Shown: piece by piece, positions 7,521-17,442 of the stretch
How positions within the stretch are numbered: position 1 is the stretch's first letter
How the letters are laid out: every line of letters begins with the position of its first letter
From: a metagenome
Sequence record: ENA-UERK01000351-UERK01000351.1-human-gut-metagenome-genome-assembly--contig:-NODE-351-length-41642-cov-6.689089
DNA length: 32,000 bases
Strand: one strand, 5' to 3'
Made by a program: the position numbers and the translations under genes
The notes under the pieces: generated by a model
What the model was told of the DNA's origin: nothing
The model's input: the letters and a program-made list of their open reading frames with translations, nothing else
Database searches by the model: none

Positions 7521-8144
7521 TCAGCCTTTGCTGATATCGCCGGATAGAAGCTGCCGCGCTATTTTGCGGCGCAAACGCTGCACGGCATTGTCCACCGATT
7601 TCGGGGACCGGCCCACAGTTTCTGCGATCTCACGGCAGGTGAGACCGTCCAGATAATACCCTAAAATCTTTACCTCGAATTCGGACAGCAGCTTGCGCGC
7701 GTTTTCCAGCAGAGCGGCAGTTTTTTCGCAGTCGATGACCCAACCCTCGGGATCGACGTGGGCAAAGGAGAGATTCGCGTCAAAGAAAGAGGTATCCAAA
7801 GGAACGGCTTGGTTCAGAGGTGAATGCTTCCCGGAGGCGGCAGCACGCAGCACAGAATACAGCCGCCGACGAATGCAGGTCTCAGCAAAAGTGCACAGAG
7901 AGGCCTCGTGTCCTGGTTCGTACTCCCGTATTGCCTTGATAAGCCCGAACATCCCCTCCTGCAAAAGGTCCTCGCTATCCCCTCCCGCCAGAAAGTACGG
8001 ACGGGCGCAGGAGCGCACCAAACGGTGGTAACGCCCTACTAAGATCTCCTCGGCGTCGCGGCTGCCCTGCTTTACCAGAGCGCACAGCGCCTCGTCGCTC
8101 AGCGTCTGCAGATGGTCATATTCAGCCCTTGTATCATTCACCAT
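7521..8144 (-). CDS. sigH: RNA polymerase sporulation sigma factor SigH
   Basis: ARPYFLAGGDSEDLLQEGMFGLIKAIREYEPGHEASLCTFAETCIRRRL closely parallels Bacillus Spo0H region 2. 207 aa. Confidence 0.85.
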   Translation of the reverse strand: MVNDTRAEYDHLQTLSDEALCALVKQGSRDAEEILVGRYHRLVRSCARPYFLAGGDSEDLLQEGMFGLIKAIREYEPGHEASLCTFAETCIRRRLYSVLRAAASGKHSPLNQAVPLDTSFFDANLSFAHVDPEGWVIDCEKTAALLENARKLLSEFEVKILGYYLDGLTCREIAETVGRSPKSVDNAVQRLRRKIARQLLSGDISKG

Positions 8145-8149
8145 ACGCT

Positions 8150-8179
8150 ATTATACCTTTTTACAAAATAATTTGTCAA
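8150..8179 (-). promoter_or_regulatory. sigma-A-like promoter directly abutting the sigH ATG
   Basis: Minus strand TTGACA (8179-8174), 18 nt, TATAAT (8155-8150). Only 5 nt separate the -10 from ATG 8144, and there is no SD. Confidence 0.4.
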
Positions 8180-8270
8180 GTCAATCGTGTAACTTTGTCA
8201 AAAATAACTCAAATTTGACGGCTTTCTTGCGGAGAACAACCGAAAAATTCCACCGAACCGTCTCTGCGCA

Positions 8271-9311
8271 CTACAATTCCAGCTGCTGCTGGCCCGTAAA
8301 CGCAATGTGCAGATGTGCATAGGCCTTCTGCGTGACGCAGCGCCCTCGGGGCGTTCGGGTCAAAAAGCCGATCTGCATCAGGTATGGCTCATACACATCC
8401 TCCAGCGTCACCGACTCCTCGCCGATGGTGGCCGCCAGCGTGTCCAGACCTACCGGGCCGCCGCCATAGTTTTCAATAATGGCCTGTAGCATCCGTCGAT
8501 CTACGTTGTCCAGACCCAGATAGTCTACCTCCAGCGCCAGCAGTGCCTTGTCCGCTACGGACTTGGTGATAACGCCGTCGGCCATCACCTGGGCGAAGTC
8601 CCGTACCCGCCGCAGCATCCGGTTGGCGATACGGGGCGTGCCCCGGGACCGCCGCGCGATCTCCATAGCGCCCTCCGGTTCAATGGACACGTTCAGGATG
8701 CCGGCGCTGCGCGTCACGATTTTTGCCAGCTCCTCAGGCGTGTAGAGCTCCAGCCGCAGCGTCACGCCAAAGCGGTCCCGTAGCGGTGCAGACAGCGACC
8801 CTGCCCGTGTTGTGGCGCCGATCAGTGTGAATTTCGGCAGATCCAGCCGGATAGAGTTGGCAGAAGGTCCCTTGCCGATGATGATATCGATGGCGTAGTC
8901 CTCCATGGCCGGGTACAGGATCTCCTCCACCGCCCGGTTCAGCCGGTGTATCTCATCCACGAACAGGATATCGTTCTCACTCAGGTTCGTCAGCAGCGCC
9001 GCCAGGTCCCCAGGCTTCTCGATAGCCGGTCCGGAGGTGATGCGGATATTCACGCCCATCTCCTGGGCGATGATGCCCGCCAGTGTGGTCTTGCCCAGTC
9101 CCGGAGGGCCGTGCAGCAGCACATGGTCCAGAGACTCTGTCCGCCGCCGCGCCGCCTCAATGAAGATAGACAGGTTTTGCTTGGCCTTCTCCTGCCCAAT
9201 GTATTCTGTCAGTGTGTGGGGCCGTAGAGAACCTTCGTTGGCATCCTCACTGAGAAACGTTTTGGCGACGATAGGCTCCTCGTACAGGTCCGCCCCGAAA
9301 TCAATGCTCAT
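8271..9311 (-). CDS. ruvB: Holliday junction branch migration helicase RuvB
   Basis: [19 protein letters not shown] and the Walker A motif [11 protein letters not shown]. 346 aa. Confidence 0.95.
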   Translation of the reverse strand: MSIDFGADLYEEPIVAKTFLSEDANEGSLRPHTLTEYIGQEKAKQNLSIFIEAARRRTESLDHVLLHGPPGLGKTTLAGIIAQEMGVNIRITSGPAIEKPGDLAALLTNLSENDILFVDEIHRLNRAVEEILYPAMEDYAIDIIIGKGPSANSIRLDLPKFTLIGATTRAGSLSAPLRDRFGVTLRLELYTPEELAKIVTRSAGILNVSIEPEGAMEIARRSRGTPRIANRMLRRVRDFAQVMADGVITKSVADKALLALEVDYLGLDNVDRRMLQAIIENYGGGPVGLDTLAATIGEESVTLEDVYEPYLMQIGFLTRTPRGRCVTQKAYAHLHIAFTGQQQLEL

Positions 9312-9324
9312 GTGCGCCCCTCCT

Positions 9325-9930
9325 CTACTTCATCATGCGCTTCAGCGCCTGCCGGATGATGTCCTCCAGCGTCAGCGCTTCCATGTCGATATCTTTCAGC
9401 GCTGCGGCGATCTCCGCGCTGCCGTAGCCCAGCACCGCCAATGCCGACTGCGCCTCACTTTTCTTGCTGTGGGGCACCGCAGCCATCGCGGGCGCGCCGC
9501 CCTTAACGGATGTGCCGCCCAGCGCTTCCTCCCGTGCCAGCTTGTCCTTCAGTTCCAGTATCACCCGCTGAGCGATCTTTTTGCCGATGCCGTTGGCGGC
9601 AGTCAGTGCTTTTTCATCCTCTGTCACCACCGCCAGCGCCAGCTGCTGCGGTGTTACAGCGGACAGGATAGACAACGCCGCCCTGGGGCCTACGCCGGAT
9701 ACACCGATCAGCAGCTTGAAGCTCCGCAGCTCACTCTGATCGGCGAAGCCGAACAGCTCCATGGCATCCTCGCGTACATTCAGATAGGTGTACAGCTTGG
9801 CCGGTGCGCCCTTTTTCAGCTGGGAAAGCGTATAGTTCGTCGTGGCACAGGCGTAGCCCACGCCGCTGCAGTCGATGACCGCCAGCCCCGCATCGATCTC
9901 CGCCACGGTGCCGTTCACATAATAATACAT
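9325..9930 (-). CDS. ruvA: Holliday junction DNA-binding protein RuvA
   Basis: GVGYACATT..., [20 protein letters not shown] (HhH), 201 aa, immediately upstream of ruvB. Confidence 0.92.
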   Translation of the reverse strand: MYYYVNGTVAEIDAGLAVIDCSGVGYACATTNYTLSQLKKGAPAKLYTYLNVREDAMELFGFADQSELRSFKLLIGVSGVGPRAALSILSAVTPQQLALAVVTEDEKALTAANGIGKKIAQRVILELKDKLAREEALGGTSVKGGAPAMAAVPHSKKSEAQSALAVLGYGSAEIAAALKDIDMEALTLEDIIRQALKRMMK

Positions 9931-9931
9931 A

Positions 9932-10444
9932 TCAGACAGTCTCCTTCACGTCGGGGTCCTTACGCCGCAGCAGGCTGGTAGCGCTGCGGGCATGGCATAT
10001 GGCGATGGCCAGCGCGTCTGCCGCGTCGTCCGGCTTCGGCACTGCCTTCAGCTTCAAAAGCCGCTTTGTCATGTCCATCACCTGCTTCTTGTCCGCCAGG
10101 CCGTAGCCGGCCACCGCCTGCTTCACCTGCATGGGGGTATATTCGAATATGGGTACGCCCAGTCGCTCCGCCGTACACAGAATCACACCCCGCCCGTGGG
10201 CCACGGCGATACCTGTGGTGATGTTTTTGCTGAAAAACAGCTCCTCAACGGCGATCTCATCAGGCTTCAGTTGGGCGATCAGCGCGGTCATGTCGTTTTC
10301 AATCTGCACCAGACGTGTCGCCAGCGGCAGTCCCGCCTCGGTAGTCACAGCACCGTATTGCAGCATTCGCACACTGCCCCGGTTCGATTCGATCAGCCCG
10401 AAGCCCACAATGGCGATGCCGGGGTCAATGCCCAGTATCCGCAT
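9932..10444 (-). CDS. ruvC: crossover junction endodeoxyribonuclease RuvC
   Basis: MRILGIDPG... is the canonical start, with GGGAGG upstream. The GTG at 10456 in the ORF track overlaps the SD, so it was not used. Confidence 0.9.
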   Translation of the reverse strand: MRILGIDPGIAIVGFGLIESNRGSVRMLQYGAVTTEAGLPLATRLVQIENDMTALIAQLKPDEIAVEELFFSKNITTGIAVAHGRGVILCTAERLGVPIFEYTPMQVKQAVAGYGLADKKQVMDMTKRLLKLKAVPKPDDAADALAIAICHARSATSLLRRKDPDVKETV

Positions 10445-10473
10445 AGCTGCGCCCACCTCCCAACATTTGTTCT

Positions 10474-10502
10474 ATTATAGCAAACTGGAATAAAAATAGC
10501 AA
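10474..10502 (-). promoter_or_regulatory. candidate sigma-A promoter of ruvCAB
   Basis: Minus strand TTGCTA, 17 nt, TATAAT, located between the xerD terminator and ruvC. Confidence 0.4.
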
Positions 10503-10503
10503 C

Positions 10504-10529
10504 AAAAAACCGCCCGGAAAACCGGGCGG
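10504..10529 (-). terminator. intrinsic terminator of xerD
   Basis: Minus strand CCGCCCGG-tttt-CCGGGCGG followed by TTTTTTG. Confidence 0.85.
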
Positions 10530-10541
10530 TTTGATAGGCTG

Positions 10542-11426
10542 TCATGCACGGGGATGGGCCTTATTATATACATCCTTCAGCTGCTTTTTGATAACGTGTG
10601 TATATATCTGCGTGGAGCTGATATCCGCGTGACCCAGCATCTCCTGAATGGATCGCAGATCGGCGCCGTTCTCCAGCAGGTGTACGGCAAAGGAATGGCG
10701 CAGGGTGTGGGGGGTGATATCCTTCTCGATGCCCGCTTTTTCCTGATAGTACTTGATGATCTTCCAAAAGCCCTGGCGACTCATGCGTTCGCCGCTCATA
10801 TTCACAAACAGCGCATGCTCTTCCTCATCGGCGATGAGCCGGGGACGAATATCCCGCACATAGTCCTCCAGCGCCTTCACCGCAGCGGTGTACAGCGGCA
10901 CGATGCGCTCCTTTCCCTTGCTGCGGCAGCGGATAAAGCCGGCGGACAAATTGACATCGCTGACATCCAGACCGATCAGCTCACTGACTCGAATTCCGGT
11001 GGCATACAGCAGCTCCAGCATAGCGTGGTCGCGGAATCCCTTTTCGTCCACGCATTTGGGCTGCTCCAGAAACAGCTCTACCTCCCGGTTGGTGAGAATC
11101 TCCGGATACTTTCGTTCTACCTTCATGGCCACTACGCTCTTGGCCGGGTTGCTCTTCACAGCGCCGCACTGCATCATATAGGCATAAAATGACTTGATCG
11201 ATGCTGTGGACCGTGTGACTGTGGCGGGGCTTTTGCCGCTATGGGTCATATGCAGCAGATACTCATTGATCGTCTCTTTCTTCACCTTCCGCATATCCGT
11301 TACGCCCACGGAAAGCAGCCAGCTGTGAAACTGGGTCAGGTCACGTATATAGGAGCTGAGGGTATTGGCGGAGGCGTGCTTCTCTTCAGTCAGATAGTCG
11401 CGGTATGCCGCGATAAAGTCCGTCAT
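10542..11426 (-). CDS. xerD: tyrosine recombinase XerD/XerC family (chromosome dimer resolution)
   Basis: YLTEEKHASANTLSSYIRDL N-terminal SAM-like domain. C-terminal HTLRHSFAVHLLENGADLRSIQEMLGHADISSTQIYTHV. Adjacent to spoIIM, as Bacillus ripX is. Confidence 0.85.
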   Translation of the reverse strand: MTDFIAAYRDYLTEEKHASANTLSSYIRDLTQFHSWLLSVGVTDMRKVKKETINEYLLHMTHSGKSPATVTRSTASIKSFYAYMMQCGAVKSNPAKSVVAMKVERKYPEILTNREVELFLEQPKCVDEKGFRDHAMLELLYATGIRVSELIGLDVSDVNLSAGFIRCRSKGKERIVPLYTAAVKALEDYVRDIRPRLIADEEEHALFVNMSGERMSRQGFWKIIKYYQEKAGIEKDITPHTLRHSFAVHLLENGADLRSIQEMLGHADISSTQIYTHVIKKQLKDVYNKAHPRA

Positions 11427-11448
11427 GTGCCCCTCACTCCTCTCTCTT

Positions 11449-12042
11449 TCAAGTCAAGCCTGGCATCAGCCATGCAAAAAGCCGCGGCACCAGGGCGCAC
11501 TCCGCCACTGTCCCGGTCAGCAATACAAACACACAGATGATCACGCTCCGCCGGTCTCTCACCTCCGGCTTTTGACGTTCTGCCCGGCGCCACGCACACG
11601 CAAAGCTGTCCGCCGCTATCGTCAGCAGACATGGTATGGTGAACAGACACCGCAGTCCCAGCGCCGCCAGCGCCAATACCACGCCCTGCTTTCCCAGTGC
11701 AGCGGCAAAGCACTGCACCGCGAACGACAGGAAGAAGCCCTGGGCCGCGCACGTCAGCGGGATCAGCATCACGCCCCAGGCTGTACAGCCCAGCAGAAAC
11801 GCCGCGGCCGGATAGCGCAGATAAGTCCATAGGACCTGCCACAGCCCCGCGCTGCGCGGTTCTTCTGCATTCAGCCTCGCATAGCCTGTCACATAGCGGC
11901 TCAACGACAGAAGGTCCTCCGACGCCACAGCCCGCCCCGCTAAAAAGCCCGCCAGAACTCCGGCGGCAAGAAACAGGCACAGTATGTACAGCCGCGCCTT
12001 CGGCGGCTGGAGAACAGGCATACGGCGACGACGCAGCTTCAT
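11449..12042 (-). CDS. spoIIM: stage II sporulation protein M-like membrane protein
   Basis: Multi-TM protein of 197 aa with SpoIIM-like architecture. ATG 12042 is preceded by GAGGTGAG. Synteny with xerD supports the call. The 26-aa extension in the ORF track is rejected. Confidence 0.65.
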   Translation of the reverse strand: MKLRRRRMPVLQPPKARLYILCLFLAAGVLAGFLAGRAVASEDLLSLSRYVTGYARLNAEEPRSAGLWQVLWTYLRYPAAAFLLGCTAWGVMLIPLTCAAQGFFLSFAVQCFAAALGKQGVVLALAALGLRCLFTIPCLLTIAADSFACAWRRAERQKPEVRDRRSVIICVFVLLTGTVAECALVPRLFAWLMPGLT

Positions 12043-12392
12043 AGGGCTCACCTCGTCCACAGTGTATGAGCCAAGCCCTCTCGATAGACGTGCCAAAACG
12101 TAATAATAAATATATGGCATAATTCACAAAACCGCAAGAGGTTTTCCGCAAAAACATATTTTTTGTAAATTATGTCAAAATGTTATGTAAACTTAATTAT
12201 GTAAACAAAATATACCGACGTACCGACGCAGCTTATAAAAATGCCGAAATCCCAATATCCGGGGAAATGCCGAAAATACCTGCACCATATCTTGAAAAGC
12301 GTGATGCGGCGAACGACTCCCCTGCCGCCCACCGCACCGTCGGATAAAAAATGCCGCAAAACACATTTTCGTTATTTTAACCATGCGCCGCT

Positions 12393-12827
12393 TTATGTTA
12401 CCGCCCGTTTTCGACGATCACCGCCCTTCCGGCGGCCGCTGCGGGGCCTCCGCCGCTTCTGCTTCGTTCCGATCAGTCCCGCCAAAAGGCCGCCGCCCCA
12501 TACGGCGCAGGTCTGGGCAATGCCGCTGCCGGCAAAATGTATCGCCTCGTTTCCCGTCAGCGCCGCGATCCACATTGCACCATATACGCAGGCGGATACT
12601 GCCAGCGCCCGAGGCAGCGGACCATCGCCGCCCTGCCGTATGGCCATACGTCCGCCGCAGAAGCACGCCAGAACGCTGCTGCCCCATACCAACGGGCCCA
12701 TCGCGCGCTCCGGCACGATCCCCCGCAGCAGGAGCAGTGACGATACGCCCAGTGCTGCCAGCAGCACGACTGCCGCTGTGGCGGTGCCCAGCCACGTTCC
12801 TTTGCCGGCCAGTTGCTTCCAAGACAT
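12393..12827 (-). CDS. small 4-TM membrane protein with basic C-terminal tail (possibly TIGR04086/YrzE-like)
   Basis: GGGAGG plus 7 nt plus ATG 12827. Hydrophobic segments end in KQKRRRPRSGRRKGGDRRKR. Its position downstream of yajC matches Bacillus yrzE. Several overlapping alternative ORFs were rejected. Confidence 0.55.
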   Translation of the reverse strand: MSWKQLAGKGTWLGTATAAVVLLAALGVSSLLLLRGIVPERAMGPLVWGSSVLACFCGGRMAIRQGGDGPLPRALAVSACVYGAMWIAALTGNEAIHFAGSGIAQTCAVWGGGLLAGLIGTKQKRRRPRSGRRKGGDRRKRAVT

Positions 12828-12912
12828 AAGAATACCTCCCGCATCAGCTTTGCTTCAGCTTATGCGGAAGGTCTGCATCACATGATACACCGGTACTGAT
12901 CGCTGTCAGCGC

Positions 12913-12942
12913 AAAAAGAGCGCCGCCCTCTGGGCAGCGCTC
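12913..12942 (-). terminator. intrinsic terminator of yajC
   Basis: Minus strand GAGCGCTGCCC-aga-GGGCGGCGCTC followed by TTTTTG. Confidence 0.7.
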
Positions 12943-12955
12943 CTCTCGGTCTGTA

Positions 12956-13405
12956 TTACTCGGCGTCGGTTTTGTCAGCCTCAGCGGGAGCCTCGGTGAC
13001 CTCATCAGAGGCCTTCTCCTCCACAGCGGGAGTTTCCTCCGCGGCTTCTTCCTTCTTAGCCTTCTTCACCGGACGCTGCTGCGCGGCAGCCTGCTCGTCC
13101 AGGGTACCCACCTGGCCGATAGCGGACTTCAGGAACTCCACGCGAACGCGGTCCTCGCTGGTCTCGATGACCACAGTACGGTCGGTGATAGCCACGACGC
13201 GGCCGTACACGCCGCCGATGGTGGTCAGCCAATCGCCCTTCTTCAGGGAACTCCGCATCTCCTCGGCCTGCTTTTTCCGCTTGTTCTCGGGGCGGATCAT
13301 CAGGAAGTAGAAGATAGCGATCATCAGGACGATCATCAGAATGGTGGAACCCATGCCGCCGGTGGTGGTGGCAGCGGCAGCATCAGCGTAAGCGATCTGA
13401 ATCAT
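12956..13405 (-). CDS. yajC: preprotein translocase subunit YajC (with acidic C-terminal extension)
   Basis: IAIFYFLMIRPENKRKKQAEEMRSSLKKGDWLTTIGGVYGRV is a canonical YajC core. AAAGGAG RBS. Confidence 0.88.
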   Translation of the reverse strand: MIQIAYADAAAATTTGGMGSTILMIVLMIAIFYFLMIRPENKRKKQAEEMRSSLKKGDWLTTIGGVYGRVVAITDRTVVIETSEDRVRVEFLKSAIGQVGTLDEQAAAQQRPVKKAKKEEAAEETPAVEEKASDEVTEAPAEADKTDAE

Positions 13406-13438
13406 GGAACATTACTCCTTTAACAACAAAGTGATACT

Positions 13439-13467
13439 ATTATACATAGTTCTTTTGCTTTTGGCAA
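13439..13467 (-). promoter_or_regulatory. candidate sigma-A promoter of yajC
   Basis: Minus strand TTGCCA, 17 nt, TATAAT. Confidence 0.45.
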
Positions 13468-13472
13468 GAGGT

Positions 13473-14624
<1,152 letters not shown>

Positions 14625-15650
14625 TCACTGAATAAACATCGCATCGCCAAACGAGAAGAAGCGGTACCGTTCCTCCACCGCCTGCTGATAGGCCGCCAGC
14701 ACGTGCTCTCGTCCCGCCAATGCCGATACCAGCATGATGAGTGTGGACTCCGGCAGATGAAAGTTTGTTACCAGTGCGTCCAGCACCTTGAACTTGTACC
14801 CCGGATAGATAAAAATATCTGTCCATCCGGCGCTGGCACGCATGGTTCCATCCTCCGCTGCCTGAGATTCTATCGTGCGGCAGCTGGTGGTACCCACGCA
14901 GATGACCCGCCCGCCGTTTTTCTTCGTCTCGTTGATAAGATCGGCCGTCTCCTGGGGGATCACACAGTATTCACTGTGCATGGTGTGGTCGGTGATCTCG
15001 TCCTCTTTCACCGGGCGGAAGGTCCCAAGTCCCACGTGGAGTGTAACGTATCCTACCTTTACACCAATTGCCTGTACTCGCTCCAGAAGCTCCGGCGTGA
15101 AATGTAGCCCCGCTGTGGGCGCCGCCGCCGAGCCGTTGACCTTGGAGTACACCGTCTGATAGCGCTCCTGATCCTGCAGCTCCTCCTTGATGTACGGCGG
15201 CAGGGGCATCTTACCCAGCCGCTCCAGCACCTCCAGGAAGATCCCTTCATAAGAGAACTTTACCAGCCGGTTGCCGTCGGGCAGCTCGTCCACCACCTCT
15301 GCCGTCAGCTCTCCGTCGCCGAAGGACACCCGCGCGCCCTTCCGCAGCTTCTTCCCCGGACGGACAAGGCACTCCCACACATTGTCGCCCCGGTCGATCA
15401 AAAGCAGTATCTCACAGGCTCCGCCGCCGGGCACCCGATGGCCCAGCAGACGCGCCGGCAGTACCCGGGAGTTGTTCAGGATCAGGCAGTCGCCCGGACG
15501 CAGATACTCCGGCAGATCGTAAAAATGCCGGTGCTCTACCGCCCCTGTTTTCTTGTCCAGCACCAACAGCCGTGAGCCGTCCCGCCGTTCCAACGGTGTC
15601 TGCGCGATCAGCTCCTGCGGCAGGTCAAAGTAAAAATCGTGTGTTTTCAT
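14625..15650 (-). CDS. queA: S-adenosylmethionine:tRNA ribosyltransferase-isomerase
   Basis: [24 protein letters not shown] and [16 protein letters not shown]. 341 aa. Confidence 0.95.
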   Translation of the reverse strand: MKTHDFYFDLPQELIAQTPLERRDGSRLLVLDKKTGAVEHRHFYDLPEYLRPGDCLILNNSRVLPARLLGHRVPGGGACEILLLIDRGDNVWECLVRPGKKLRKGARVSFGDGELTAEVVDELPDGNRLVKFSYEGIFLEVLERLGKMPLPPYIKEELQDQERYQTVYSKVNGSAAAPTAGLHFTPELLERVQAIGVKVGYVTLHVGLGTFRPVKEDEITDHTMHSEYCVIPQETADLINETKKNGGRVICVGTTSCRTIESQAAEDGTMRASAGWTDIFIYPGYKFKVLDALVTNFHLPESTLIMLVSALAGREHVLAAYQQAVEERYRFFSFGDAMFIQ

Positions 15651-15691
15651 CGTGTATCACTCATTCATTCAAAATTTGCACACCGCGGGAT

Positions 15692-15720
15692 ATTATAGTA
15701 TATTTCCCGCCTTTATGCAA
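15692..15720 (-). promoter_or_regulatory. candidate sigma-A promoter of queA-tgt
   Basis: Minus strand TTGCAT, 17 nt, TATAAT. Confidence 0.45.
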
Positions 15721-15749
15721 CGTTTTTCCCGGGAAAAGTTCCTTTGCAT

Positions 15750-15782
15750 AGGGAAAAGCCGCGGTCATACCGCGGCTTTTCC
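15750..15782 (-). terminator. intrinsic terminator of tyrS
   Basis: Minus strand GGAAAAGCCGCGGT-atg-ACCGCGGCTTTTCC. The GC core GCCGCGG/CCGCGGC is followed by TTTTCC. Confidence 0.7.
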
Positions 15783-15820
15783 AAAAAACGATGGCAATAA
15801 TTACAGATGCAGCGCACAGC

Positions 15821-17047
15821 TTACACCAAAACAGCCTTGTGGAACACCTTTTTGCCCTTTTTGATGACCACGCCGTCGCCGGTGAACTGCTCGCAGCCGA
15901 AGGTCGTCTCAATGGCCGCCACCTTCTCATCGTTGACGGAGACGCCGCCCTGCTGCACCAGCCGGCGCGCCTCACCCTTGGAGGCCGCCAGTCCGCACTT
16001 CACCAGCAGGGTCAGCACGTCGATGCTGCCGCCGCCGAAATCATCGTTGGTCAGCTCGGTAGTGGGCATATGCTCCGTGTCGCCGTTACCGGCAAACAGC
16101 GCCTTGGATGCGGCCTTGGCCTTCTCGGCCTCCTCCTGGCCGTGGACCAGCTTGGTCAGCTCGTAGGCCAGGATCTCCTTGGCCTCGTTCAGCTGAGAGC
16201 CCTCCCAGGTGGACATCTTGTCGATCTCCTCCAGCGGTAGGAAGGTCAGCATACGGATGCACTTCAGCACGTCGGCGTCATCCACGTTGCGCCAGTACTG
16301 GAAGAACTCAAAGGGGCTGGTCTTGTTGGGGTCCAGCCACACGGCGCCCTTGGCGGTCTTGCCCATCTTATTGCCCTCAGAGTTCAGTAGCAGCGTGATG
16401 GTCATGGCGTGGGCATCCTTGCCCAACTTCTTGCGGATCAGCTCCGTGCCGCCCAGCATATTGCTCCATTGGTCGTTGCCGCCGAACTGCATGTTGCAGC
16501 CGTAGTGCTGGAACATGTAGTAGAAGTCGTAGCTCTGCATGATCATGTAGTTGAACTCCAGGAAGCTCAGCCCCTTCTCCATGCGCTGCTTATAGCACTC
16601 GGCCCGCAGCATGTTGTTCACGGAGAAGCAGGCGCCCACCTCGCGCAGCATTTCAATGTAGTTCAGCGGCTTCAGCCACTCGGAGTTATACAGCATCAGC
16701 GCCTTGCCGTCGGAGAAGTCGATGAACTTCTCCATCTGGCGCTTGAAGCACTCCGCGTTGTGCTTGATGGCATCCTCGGTCAGCATCTGACGCATGTCGG
16801 TGCGGCCGGAGGGGTCGCCGATCAGGGTCGTGCCGTCGCCGATCAGGGCGATGGGCTTGTTGCCCGCCATCTGAAGGCGCTTCATCAGGCACAGCGCCAT
16901 AAAGTGGCCCACGTGCAGGCTGTCCGCCGTACAGTCAAAGCCGATGTAGAATGTGGCCTTGCCGTTGTTGACCATCTCGCGGATCTCTTCTTCATTTGTG
17001 ACCTGTGCGATCAAACCGCGGGCCACCAGTTCCTCATAAATACCCAT
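15821..17047 (-). CDS. tyrS: tyrosine--tRNA ligase
   Basis: FDCTADSLHVGHF (HIGH) and KMGKT (KMSKS). C-terminal S4-like domain. 408 aa. Confidence 0.95.
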   Translation of the reverse strand: MGIYEELVARGLIAQVTNEEEIREMVNNGKATFYIGFDCTADSLHVGHFMALCLMKRLQMAGNKPIALIGDGTTLIGDPSGRTDMRQMLTEDAIKHNAECFKRQMEKFIDFSDGKALMLYNSEWLKPLNYIEMLREVGACFSVNNMLRAECYKQRMEKGLSFLEFNYMIMQSYDFYYMFQHYGCNMQFGGNDQWSNMLGGTELIRKKLGKDAHAMTITLLLNSEGNKMGKTAKGAVWLDPNKTSPFEFFQYWRNVDDADVLKCIRMLTFLPLEEIDKMSTWEGSQLNEAKEILAYELTKLVHGQEEAEKAKAASKALFAGNGDTEHMPTTELTNDDFGGGSIDVLTLLVKCGLAASKGEARRLVQQGGVSVNDEKVAAIETTFGCEQFTGDGVVIKKGKKVFHKAVLV

Positions 17048-17094
17048 AGCTTCAATTTCCTTTCTGTATGTTCATTTGTTTTCTTGTGACAGGG

Positions 17095-17380
17095 AATAAA
17101 AAACGCCCCCTGTCATCTCGACAGAGGGCGATGCAGACGCTCGCGGTACCACCTCATATTCGCCATGCCCTCGCAGACACGACCTCGTTGGGTGCAGACA
17201 CACCCTACCGCTGTAACGGGCGGACCCGACACATCCCTACTGGTCCGTCATGGACGTTCAGAAGGCTGCTCCGGGATGTATTCACCCATTTCTTCCTCTC
17301 CTCCTTACACCGGCCGGAGGCTCTCTTTGCAGGTCTGAAATGCGCTACTTATTCCCTTCATCGCTGTTGCGGTATCAAGT
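17095..17380 (-). promoter_or_regulatory. T-box leader (tRNA-Tyr sensing) with terminator/antiterminator
   Basis: Minus strand stem I elements: AGCGATGAAGGGAATAAGTA, AGAGAG box, GGTGTAA distal loop. Specifier loop GAA-UAC-A has the Tyr codon at 17278-17280. T-box sequence GGTGGTACCGCG lies at 17142-17153. Terminator GCCCTCTGTCGAGATGACAGGGGGC is followed by TTTTTT (17097-17130). Confidence 0.9.
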
Positions 17381-17387
17381 TGAGGTT

Positions 17388-17415
17388 ATTGTAGCAGATT
17401 TTTTTCGTTTGTCAA
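17388..17415 (-). promoter_or_regulatory. sigma-A promoter of the tyrS T-box leader
   Basis: Minus strand TTGACA (17415-17410), 16 nt, TACAAT (17393-17388). Confidence 0.6.
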
Positions 17416-17442
17416 CTACTATTTTCATGTTGCGAAAAACAG

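Noticed and set aside
12193-12384. 63-aa minus-strand ORF (and 12241..12885 on the plus strand) in the spoIIM-upstream gap
   Set aside because: No SD is present. The sequence (MVKITKMCFAAFFIRRCGG...) is not protein-like, and the plus-strand ORF runs antisense into the membrane protein gene.
12393-12885. Stack of overlapping ORFs on both strands (12383..12829+, 12418..12822-, 12557..12844-, 12537..12740+)
   Set aside because: Only 12393..12827 (-) has a strong SD (GGGAGG plus 7 nt) and a membrane-protein-like hydrophobic pattern. The others are Arg/Pro-rich alternative frames.
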